This document shows, one piece after another, positions 49,082-59,832 of a stretch of DNA of 64,000 bases (position 1 is its first letter; each line of letters starts with the position of its first letter). The stretch is taken from NCBI RefSeq assembly GCF_032444005.1, contig NC_091283.1, positions 106,764,001-106,828,000 of the forward strand, written 5' to 3'. The notes below the pieces were generated by a model, which saw only the letters and a program-made list of their open reading frames with translations, made no database searches and was not told the origin of the DNA. The position numbers were made by a program, and so were the translations under genes. The stretch is from Ranitomeya imitator (taxonomy: Eukaryota).

Positions 49082-50050
49082 TGTGGTAAGCTATTATAAT
49101 GCCATGGTAGCACGCTGTGCAGTGATGTAGCAGTGACACACAAAGTTCAAACAAAAAACCCCTTTAATGTGTTTCTTCACAGCATTAAATGTCCAAAATT
49201 CACACAAGTGCATATAATCTCAGTGCATAGTATTAGTGTCCATTTCACTGCACTACATACTACACGGTATCCTCCCGTTTACTGTCACTAAACTCACTGG
49301 TGTTCCCTTTGACCAGTAGCCGTGGGCGACTGCACCACCATGTCAATGTCTACCTCCGGATCAGCTCCGGGCGCAAGATAGCACCACTGTGTATGCTGTG
49401 GGTGCCAGGCCTTTTGCCTCTGCTCTTTCCTGTCTCTTCACACAGACAAAGCTCTGCAGAGCCTCTGCTCTGCACTCCCACCGACACCAAACTGAAATTG
49501 GCACTGACACACCCAAACCCTTTTCTACAGGGTTTTTAACAAAGGAACCTGTGGCCTTTAGCCACATGGAGAACCCGGGCCTGGAATGAAATTGACTACC
49601 ATCCTGCAGTCTGTTACAAAATACAACATCTCATATCAGGTTTCCCCTATATCTGCTTTGGACACTAGCATGTCCAAGGCTGACACATATTTCTAGTCTG
49701 CATTGCAGCCACCGCTACGCCCGTGACTGCTATGCACTCCTATGGCCTTCATATGCCTCCGTGCACAACCTGGGGAGAACATACAGTTACCCCTACCTTT
49801 GCCATCGGTCACTGCTTCACCATTGCAATCACAGCTACACTTGCGACTGCAATGCCCCCTCATGGCCTCATTACGCTTATGTGCGCATCCTGGGGAGAAC
49901 AAACAGCGAACCCTATCTGTGACACTGGTCACTGCCTCACACTATTTACCACGGGTCACAGCTGCGGGGTCACTCTGGCATCTGACAGCATGACCCTGCA
50001 GCATTACCACCAATAAGAACCACCGTGACGGTGATTCCCACGCTGTTACA
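49082..50050. mobile_element. Decayed LTR-like remnant
   Basis: TGTGGTA...TGTTACA termini and an internal ~130-bp duplication; no TSD. Confidence 0.35.
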
Positions 50051-50756
50051 CAGATGACAGCATGGGAAACACCATAGGAGACCAATAAAAAGGCAAACAA
50101 AAACTCAGCAAATCCGCAAACATTTTTATACCTATGTTTTTGCTGCGGATTTGACAGACTCAATTGAAGTCAATGTGTGGAGAATGCTCAAAATCAGCAC
50201 AAATAATTGACATGCTGCAGAAAAAAATGCACTGCAAATACTCAAAGGAAATTTAAAGATTATGTGCACAACACTTCAGGATTGTCATTGAATTAGCTTG
50301 CATAAGGATTCCGTAGTGTTTTTGGCCCATTTCCGTGCAGAAAAAGTGCTGCGAAAAATGCATCAAAAGCACACCATGTGCACTAAGCCTAAATGTGAAC
50401 TATGCAAGTCAATATTAAAATAAACGTAGTAAAAGTAAAAGGTTAGTTCTGAGGATGGATGGATGGATGTAGAGCCCTGCTGTGATGTGGATAGCTAGCG
50501 GGGACATCTATACATAATTCTATGGACACATACTAGTGGATAGAATTTCTTTTTAATTCCTGTTGGAGTGTCTAAATTGAGAAATGTACAACCTCAGGCA
50601 AAGCGATCTGATGTTCTCCCAGTCATGAGTTCTGCCTAGGAAGGCTGAGAGCATGTGCTTGTGTGCTTGTAGAGTCTGAATTTCACTCCATAGATCCTCA
50701 TAAAGCACTATTTTTATTGAATAACAAGTTTTTCTTTTTTCTACAAAGAGAATATA

Positions 50757-51668
50757 CCGTATTTTCCGCTTTGTAAGACGCACTTTATTTCCCCAAAATT
50801 TGGGGGGGAAATGTGGGTGCGTCTAACAAAGCGGATATACCGCTTACCATTACAGGCTGGGAGGAGGGGGTGTCCGCCGCCGCTACCGCCTGCCGCCGCT
50901 GTCGTCCGCCGCCACTGCCGGGGTTGTCCGCTGCTGCCCCGGGTGATGCTGAAGGCTCCGGTGCTGCGGGGGGCTCTGGCGACATTTTGTGAAAGACCAG
51001 AGCCCCCCGGCAGTTCTTCCATGCGTTCCAGTATGACTAATTCCGGGAAAATGGCCGCCGGAATCTCGGGAGATGAGATTTCAGCGCTGAGATCTCATCT
51101 CTCGAGATTCCGGCGGCCATTTTCCCGGAGTTAGTTCCAGTATGACTGACTCCGGGAAAATGGCCGCCGGAATCTCGGGAGATGAGATTTCAGCGTTGAG
51201 ATCTCATCTCTCGAGATTCCGGCGGCCATTTTCCCGGAGTCAGTAATACAGGAACGCATGGATGAACTGCCGGGGGCTCTGGCCTTTCACAAAATGTCGC
51301 CAGAGCCCCCCGCAGCACCGGAGACAGCCCTGCAGCACAGGAGCCCCCTGCAGACCCCTCATCCCAGCCTGCAGCAAAGGAGCCCCCCTGCAGACCCCTC
51401 ATCCCAGGCTGCAGCACAGGAGCCCCCCTGCAGCACAGGAGCCCCCTGCAGACCCCCTCATCCCAGCCTGCAGCAATGCTCCACTCCTGCCTCCGGCAAC
51501 GACCCTGGGACCCTGATCCACCACAACCACAACCCCTGGTAAGTAATAAGACGCATGGATTATAAGACGCCCCACCAATTTATTAAAAAATAGTTTTTTC
51601 CTATTTTTCTCCTCAAAATTTGGGGTGCGTCTTATAATCCGGAGCGTCTTACAAAGCGAAAAATACGG
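50757..51668. mobile_element. pogo/Tigger-type MITE
   Basis: TA-CCGTATTTTCCGCTTTGTAAGACG...CGTCTTACAAAGCGAAAAATACGG-TA. Confidence 0.88.
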
Positions 51669-51708
51669 TATATATATTCTTGTTTTCTATTTCGTTACAC
51701 ATGATTAA

Positions 51709-52037
51709 GGCTACGTTCAGACTAGCGTTGTGCTAGTGTGCGTCGGGTTAGCGTCGGGCGACGCAGCAGCGACGCACGCGTCATGCGCCCCTATGTTTAA
51801 CATGGGGGACGCATGCGTTTTTGATTGTTGCGTTGTGCGACGCATGCGTCTTTTTTGCCGCAAGCGTCGGACCAAGAAAACGCAACAAGTTGCATTTTTC
51901 TTGTGTCCGATTTTCGGCAAAAAACGACGCACGCGTCGCAAAACGCAGCGTTTTTGCGTGCGTTTTGCCGCGTTTTTGCGTGCATCGTGCGTTGCATCGC
52001 CGACGCAGCGGCGCACAACGCTAGTCTGAACGTAGCC
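51709..52037. mobile_element. PIF/Harbinger-type palindromic MITE
   Basis: TIR GGCTACGTTCAGACTAGCGTTGTGC; TAA TSD. Confidence 0.92.
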
Positions 52038-52624
52038 TAAGAGACAGTCTGTGTGGCTGAATGGGTAGAATTTAGGTAGAATGCTTTCTTTATTGCCATA
52101 AAGTAGCAAGCATCCAGTACATCTAATTATTAATATATGCGTGATAGATTATATATAGCACGTTACATTTGTTTTTAATATTTTTTACAGGCAGCAACTA
52201 TTTGTTAGCTTGCAAATTGGAAATGAGAATAAGGACCCTAAGCTAAACCCCAGAAGGCATGGCATTTGTTTGATTTTTTTTTCCAAAGTCAAATTCGAAT
52301 TTAAGGCAAGGGAACAGAAGACTTGGGCTATGTGAACACGTTACGTTTTTGCTGGAATTTTACATTGTAGATTTGTCACAAAACCTGAAGGGTTTCCTGA
52401 TGCCAGCAAAGTACATGAGAATCCTATTTGTGACTTGCAGATTTGGTGCAGATTTAAATCTGCAGCATGTCAATGCTTTCAGCGTTTGTGCTGAAGACTT
52501 CACCCACACAAATAAGTGAGAAAAATATGCACCAAACACACAAATAAAAATTGCAGCAAAAACAAGGAAAAAAATTAGCATTTTTCCCATTGGGTTTTTC
52601 CTGCCAACAGATGCAGAAAACCCC

Positions 52625-53560
52625 ACTATCTATAAGCAGAGAGATGGTGAGGGAACACTTAGCTAATTTAAATGAATTTAAATCTCCTGGTCCAGATGAA
52701 TTACATCCTAGGGTACTGAAAGAGTTAGCAGAGGAAATTGGAGAACCATTAGCCAGAAGCTTTGAAAAATCATGGAGAACAGGAGAAGTCCCAGAAGATT
52801 GGCCAAGGGCAAATGTTGTCTCTATCTTGAAAAAAGGAAAGAAGATGGAGCCAGGAAATTATAGGCCAGTGAGCCTTACTTCTATACCAGGAAAAATCTT
52901 TTAACAAATTATTAAATAGCATGTTAGTAAGTATTTGGACTGTAATTGTAACAGTAATGTAACAGTAGTTAACCAGAGCCAGCATTAGTTTGTAGCAAAC
53001 AAGTCATGCCAGAATAATCTAATTTCCTTCTATGATGGAATCACTGACTGGGTGGATCAGGGAAATGAGGTAGATATAGTATATCTTAACTTCAGCAAAA
53101 CATTTGAAAAATTATCTCATACTACCCTTATTTAAAAATGATCAAGTATGGGATTGACAGGGCTACAGTTAGGTGGATTCTTAACTGGCTCAGTGATCGT
53201 ACTCAAGGAGTGGTAAAAAATGGTTGCGCAACCAATTGGAAGAGAAGTAGAGTACCACAAGGCTCTGTCTTGGCCCAGTGTTGTTCAGCATCTTTATAAA
53301 TGATCTAGATAAGGGAATTGAAGATATATTAATCAAATTTGCAGACAATGCAAAACTAGGAGGGATAACTAACACTAGTGAAGACAGAGAAAGGATTCAG
53401 AAGGATCTAGATAAGCTTGAACAGTGGGCAGCGACCAATAGAATGGTATTTACAGAGAAATGCAAGATTCTACATCTGGGCAAGAAAAACGAAAATAACA
53501 TTTACAGAATGGGAGGAATAGAAATAGTTCTCAGTTGTATTAAGAGAAGCATAGAGTCTA
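52625..53560 (+). pseudogene. Old, frameshifted CR1 RT fragment
   Basis: KSPGPDELHPRVLKELA, GNYRPVSLTSIPGKI and IKFADNAKLGG occur in broken frames. Confidence 0.9.
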
Positions 53561-53825
53561 GATCACTTGAAGTAATTACAAGTGCTTCTCACTAAATTAG
53601 AATAGCATAAAAAAGTGATTTTATTTAAGTTCTTCAATACAAAAAGTGAAAATCATATATTATATAGAATCATTACAAACAGATTAATGCGACCATACAG
53701 CCTGACATCAAGCAGAGACACTGAGCAGCGTCTGCTCAGTGTCTCTTTGTGAACTCCTATAACTTGATGTCACCGCAAGCGTGAAAAAGTTTTCACTCTC
53801 GTAGTGCAGTCAGAAAGGTCCTGAG

Positions 53826-54529
53826 TAGGGTTGAGCGATTTTTGTTTTTATAGGATTGGGTCGGATTTCACAAAACCTGACTTTTTCAAAAGTCGGGTCG
53901 AGTGAAATCGGCTGATCCTATAAAAGTCGGGGTAGGCCGAAACACGAAACCCAATGCAGTGCATTGGGTTTCTAATGGTTCCCAGGGTCTGAAGGAGAGT
54001 AAACTCTCCTTCAGGCCCTGCTATCCATATTAATGTGTAAAATAAAGAATAAAAATAAAAAATATTGCTATACTCACCCTCGGACGCACCCTGGTTGTAA
54101 CCCGCAGCCTTCCTTCCTAAGAATCAGCGCTTGAAGGACCTTTCGATGACGTCATGGCTTCTGATTGGTCGCGTGAGCGGTCACATGGGCGTCACGCGAC
54201 CAATCAGAAGCCGTGACGTCATCGAAAGGTCCTTCAAGCGCTGATTCTTAGGAAGGAAGGCTCCCGGTTACAACCAGGGCGCGTCCGAGGGTGAGTATAG
54301 CAATATTTTTTATTTTTATTCTTTATTTTACACTTAAATCTGAATTCTGATACCAATTCCCGATATCTTAAACATATCGGGAATCGGTATCGGAATTCCG
54401 ATTCCAAATTCAGAAGATCGCCGACTTCATAGCCGACCCCACACAGGGGTCGGGTCGGGTTTCATGAAACCCGACTTTGCCAAAAGTCGGCGACTTCTGA
54501 AAATGGCCGACCCGTTTCGCTCAACCCTA
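53826..54529. mobile_element. Palindromic hAT MITE
   Basis: TIR TAGGGTTGAGCGA / TCGCTCAACCCTA; 8-bp TSD GTCCTGAG at 53818-53825 and 54530-54537. Confidence 0.92.
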
Positions 54530-54689
54530 GTCCTGAGCGTTCATAGCCAATGAACTCACTTCACCTAAAGTTTCCAACGCTTGCGCTGATGTCAGTTAGA
54601 TGAAGTGAGTTCATTGGCTGTGAACTCCCAGGACATGAGCAGACGCCGGTGGTGCCATCTTGGAGTTGGAAATTGTTCGTTGGAAGAGC

Positions 54690-55910
54690 AAGTTGTCTCT
54701 TCAGAGAGGAAGAGGACTAGAACTCTAGTGCCACCTATTGGAAGTAGCAATCCTAACAGTCAATGTCGACCCTTTATCGAGCCTAGTCACATGACTAGGA
54801 TAAAAACCAAACCAGAATCTCAATTTGAAGACACTGTGTCTAGGGGTACTGCCCCTTGTCAGTGCAAAGTGGAGATCTGGTTTGGCTGAGTGAGAAGCAC
54901 CTGATGCAAGGAGAAACGATACTTCTGTTTTCTTGGAGGAGGAAATTTGTTTTCTATAGCAAGATGGCACTGCCGGCGCCTGTACTGTAGCAGCTTTTGG
55001 ATGACTGATAGCTTCTACTGCACAGGTGCGGCCGATGCCATTTTCAAATGATTTTTTTAATGAATATCAGGGTAACATCAAACAAACAAATTATATACTC
55101 ATTACATATACGACCAGGCTGCAGTGCAGGTGCCACCCTGCAGAAGGGGATTTTTCTTCAAGATATATATTATGTAAACTAGAGGGCAGGTCACTGAGGG
55201 AACTGTGACCTGTCAGAAGCCATACAAATGAATACATAAGCAGAGCACCACACGAAGACCACCTCACAGGCCGCCTGGAGCACAAGAATCTCATTAACTG
55301 AAAACTGAAAATAAAGAATAAACAACAACCACAAGATGGATTTGATCAACCAAAGTATAATTTTAATCAGTATAATGGCACCAACCTGACAGTTTCTGTA
55401 AGGTACTGTGCACAATCCTGCTGACAGGTTCTTTTAAAAACTAGAAAAAAACGAAAAACTAGTTCCAGCTCCATAATAAAATTCAGGCTTTATAACTTTA
55501 TTGAATCCTGTTTAAAAGCAGTGGCAGTATAGCCCTCCAAGGGCACACAGGAAAACGAGCGACGCGTTTCTATCTGAAGGATTGGATTGGATAGGACCTC
55601 GTTGATCAGCGTGGAGTTCTGTGCACCTGCGGTGGTTGCTTGGTGAGCTGGCTTTTCTTCTCTATTTCTTTTAAAAACTGACTAACTGAATATTTCTAAG
55701 CCTCTCAATGAGCCAAACCAGATCTCCACTTTGCACTGTCGACGGGCAGTACCCTGAAACACAGTGTCTGCAAATTGAGATTCTGGTTTGGCTTTTATCC
55801 TAAGTCATGTGACAAGGCTTGTTAAAGGGTCAACATTGACTGTTAGGATTGCTACTTCCAATAGGTGGCACTAGAGTTCTAGTCCTCTTCCTCTCTTAAG
55901 AGACAATTTG
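54690..55910. repeat. ~210-bp inverted repeat pair (54690-54900 and 55690-55910) enclosing nested inserts
   Basis: GAGGAAGAGGACTAGAACTCTAGTGCCACCTATTGGAAGTAGC and its reverse complement. Confidence 0.75.
55443..55665. mobile_element. Short Penelope-derived insert with a 14-bp TSD
   Basis: TTCTTTTAAAAACT at 55429-55442 and 55666-55679; minus-strand GAAACGCGTC hammerhead half at ~55560-55570; GGTGAGCTG donor-like site. Confidence 0.65.
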
Positions 55911-56299
55911 CATATTTCCCAGAGGAGCATTGCGGCTTTAAGTCTCCTCACCTCGACATGCCTAAAGGAAACCTGTCACCCCCAAAATCGACATTGAGCT
56001 AAGCCCACAGGCATCAGGGGCATTCTATAATGCTTTAGATAAGCCCTGATGTAACCTGAAAGATGAGAAAATGAGGTTAGATTATACTCACCCAGGGGCG
56101 GTCCCGTTCTGTTCTGGTCCAATGGGTATCGCGGTCCACTCCGGCACCTCCTATCCTCTTATGATGACGTCCTCTTCTTTTCTTCACGCTGTGGCTCCTG
56201 GGCAGGTGTACTTTGTCTGCCATGTTGAGGGCAGAGCAAAGTACTGCAGTGCGCAGGCGCCAGGAAAGGTCAGAGAGGCCCGGCAGGTAAGGCACTCAC

Positions 56300-57308
56300 A
56301 TTCAACAAATCTGAATCTAGGCCAGGAGGGGGATCTCAAGACCTGGATTCAGGGGATCTTCCTTAGACTTTATATTTCCTGGTCTGGATGAGGAGCTAGC
56401 CAGTTGTAGAGTGAGGAGAGGAGAAGGACAACTGGAGCAGACGTAGGGGCCAAGCAGCCACAAGGGAGCTGCTACCCCTGGAAAGAGAGATATCGTGAGG
56501 AGTTGAATTGTGGAGGAGCTTAGAGGGAAGAAGCACAGAGGAGGAAGAGGCTCAGCAGGGGAATAGTGGAAGGACACCTTGGGAGCCAGAGCGCAGAACC
56601 GGGTACCGGGAGCCGAGGCTATAGTGAGACTCTAGGACACTTAGCAGAACTGGAGGTCATAGGACTGTATGTCAATTGCCTGCATCAAGTCTGAGGTGAA
56701 GCAGTAACTTTAGAGCCCGGGGCATGATAGAGTCCCTATAAACAGGCTCGAACTGCCTATTGCACAGACCTCTGTCTTAGGACAGGAGAGAGGGGACTTG
56801 CACTGAGCTTCAAGCAGCAGGGACCTAACCAACTAAACAGCGCAAGGTGGAAAGGCTTACGGATCTCACCTGGGAGAGGGATATCCCATTGCCTCCAAGC
56901 CGGCCAGACCACAGCTACCCCTGCACTTGGTACCCCGGACTGAGGACTACTACTACCATCAGTAAACCAGGTAAAGCCTGCAACCTGTGTCCTCGTTCTT
57001 TGCTATACCATCCACCATACCATCGGTGCCCTACACTTGGGAAGCTCTCGGGACCCCGCTTCACCTGTGGGAAGCGTCACCATCTTGCTGCATACCATCA
57101 CCCCAGAGGACCCCTTTAAGCAGTGTCAGTCCCCACTGAACGAACAGCACATGTGGCATCACGAACAATAGACATTACAAATCCCTTTAAAGACCTTTCC
57201 CTTTAATTGGACACCCAGGGCCATGGACCAGGTTGCAGCCACCGTGACATCCCCTTTAATACCGGACACTGTACCGAGTAACCCATGGCCCTGGCAGGGC
57301 GCTCCACA
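56300..57308. mobile_element. LTR-like remnant
   Basis: Ends GGGCGCTCCACA; purine-rich then pyrimidine-rich halves; left end unclear. Confidence 0.45.
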
Positions 57309-57586
57309 TATCTGTGTGATTTAAGGGCATGAAAATTCAAATTTGAAAAATTGCGAAATTTTCAAGATTTTTGCCAAATTTCCTTTTTTTCTTCACACAT
57401 AAACGCAAGTCATATCAAATAATTTTCCCACTATCATAAAGTACAATATGTCGTGAGAAAACAATGTCAGAATCACCGGGATCCGTTGAAACGTTCCAGA
57501 GTTATAACCTCATAAAGGGACAGTGGCCAGAATTGTAAAAATTGGTCTGGTCATTAACATGCAAACCACCCTTGGAGGTAAAGGGG
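57309..57586 (-). mobile_element. Terminal fragment of the large piggyBac-type family
   Basis: Matches 32278-32555 and ends AAGGGG-TTAA. Confidence 0.85.
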
Positions 57587-58914
57587 TTAAGGTTCTAAAC
57601 TGACCACAAAAAGGTTAACTAAATTACCCTGCGGCTGCGGCATAAGGAACACAACAGAGAATGTGAACATAAGTTGCTTGCTGCATTAGCAATGGTTGAA
57701 TTGTTCTAAGCTGTTCCAGGGAAATTAAACACATCTAATAGTCATATTCCAATTTTTCAGCTATTTCTCTGTACAGTATGTACAGCGATACTGTAATTCC
57801 CATGTCATATTACAGATGAATAGAAGCAGAAAACAACTGTTAATGCTGCATATGTGCAACAAAATTCTCTGGAATTGCTGTCCTTCTGTATTCCAGGGCA
57901 TCTGGGTTTTGTGCCTTGAGATTAATATATTTTCTGAAAACATGAGTTTTGATTGTCTATTGCAGCGATAAATGCTGTAAAGTTTATTAGCTAGTCTTAC
58001 AAAAATCGTGAATACACTATATTTGTTTGAATTGTCTTCTCACTGAATTAAAATTTTTTATAGTCATATCCTGGTTTCAGATAAATTTGGTTAACAAAGA
58101 GTTTGGCTGGCGTATCAACTTCCACAGGGATTGTCGGTCACTGCTGCCAAAATATCAACCAACACATCATGTAATATCTTTATCTTATACATTATTTTTC
58201 ATCTTTTTATTGCACTTTTTTCATTTTTATGCAGGATGCAGTCAGGCCTTTTAATATTGGTTGGGTTAGTTGAGATGTCTGTCTTGTGGGGTGCACTTAC
58301 TTCATGCTGGAAAGTCCGCCTGATCTAATAGTATGGTCGCCATCAATAAGCTGTAAGCAAGACCCTGCGCATCATACACATCTGTGTGAATGGCGTCCTA
58401 TACAAGCTCCATCTGAGTGCATTTTAATACTACACAGCCATCCTCTCCATCAATTTTTAGGTTTCTGAGTGGCTGTTTGTATCAGTATTTTGCACTTGTG
58501 GCCGGCATCACACTCAACGTAGCCAAATACAGTCCGTATTTTACAGCCGTAATACGCATAAAAATTCCAGAAATGGTGATCCGTATGTAATCCGTTGTCA
58601 AGGTGTGGTCGCGTATTTTGCGCCTGTAATGTTGCGTATGTAATCCGTATGACATCCGTAATGCGTATTTTTCACTCAACCTGACAAAATGGACATTTTA
58701 CAGTTTTTGAGGCTGAAATTAATTTAAATCAGCATCAGCAACCCAATTTAAGGCCTCTACAACAGGTGGCACCCACCCATATGGCCATTTTGTGGTTGTG
58801 CATCCATTGTTGTGTTGTGGTAACGTTTGCACCATGTCAGACCTACTGCACTTCACCCCAACGCAGCGGGTTTTGTTTAACTAGGTCTTGTCACGTCGGT
58901 TTGGCTAGCCATAC

Positions 58915-59694
58915 TGTTGTGAATTCTGTGGCTGAATTCACTCCTGTGGTCACAAGTGGTACTGCAGCTTCTGAGCTTCCTCCCTCAGGTGTTCTGGTGA
59001 GCTCGTTAACTGCTTCATTACTTAACTCCGCCTGATGCTGCTATCCTTGCTCCTTGTCAATGTTTCAGTGTTGGATCTGAGCTTCTCCTGATTGTTCCTG
59101 TGACCTGCTGCTCTGTATAGCTAAGTGCTTTTTGCTTTTTTGTTGCTTTTTTTCTGTCCAGCTTGTCTTTTGTTTTGCTGGTAGCTCTGAGACGCAAAGG
59201 GTGTACCGCCGTGCCGTTAGTTCGGCACGGTGGGTTTTTTTTGCCCCCTTTGCGTGGTTTTGCTTTAGGGTTTTTTGTAGACTGCAAAGTTCGCTTTACT
59301 GTCCTCGCTCTGTCCTAGAATATCGGGCCCCACTTTGCTGAATCTATTTCATCCCTACGTTTTGTCTTTTCATCTTACTCACAGTCATTATATGTGGGGG
59401 GCTGCCTTTTCCTTTGGGGAATTTCTCTGGGGCAAGTCAGGCCTATTTTTCTATCTTCAGGCTAGCTAGTTTCTTAGGCTGTGCCGAGTTGCCTAGGTAG
59501 TTGTTAGGCGCAATCCACAGCCGCTTTTAGTTGTGCTTAGGATAGGATCAGGTGTGCAGTCTACAGAGTTTCCACGTCTCAGAGCTCGTTCTTGTATTTT
59601 TGGGTATTTGTCAGATCACTGTGTGCGCTCTGATCGCTAAGCACACTGTGTTTCTGGATTGCCTTCATAACACCTGTCATTAGCAAACATAACA
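58915..59694 (+). mobile_element. 5' LTR of Gypsy element 1
   Basis: TGTTGTGAATTC...CATAACA, followed by GTACAAGGAGCC and gag. Confidence 0.9.
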
Positions 59695-59832
59695 GTACAA
59701 GGAGCCAAACTAATGATTCTCAATAGAGGGAAAGAAAAAGTTCTGACATCATTTTTTTTTTTTTTTCTCTGCTCTGTGTTCACTTTTTTTTTTCCCCTAG
59801 ACATTTGGGTGATTCTGGACACAGGTGTGGAC

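Noticed and set aside
40990-58170. Further isolated exon-like segments (41000-41140, 41735-41805, 52191-52256, 58081-58170)
   Set aside because: Each has only one good splice site or an early stop, and they do not join into a recognisable protein.
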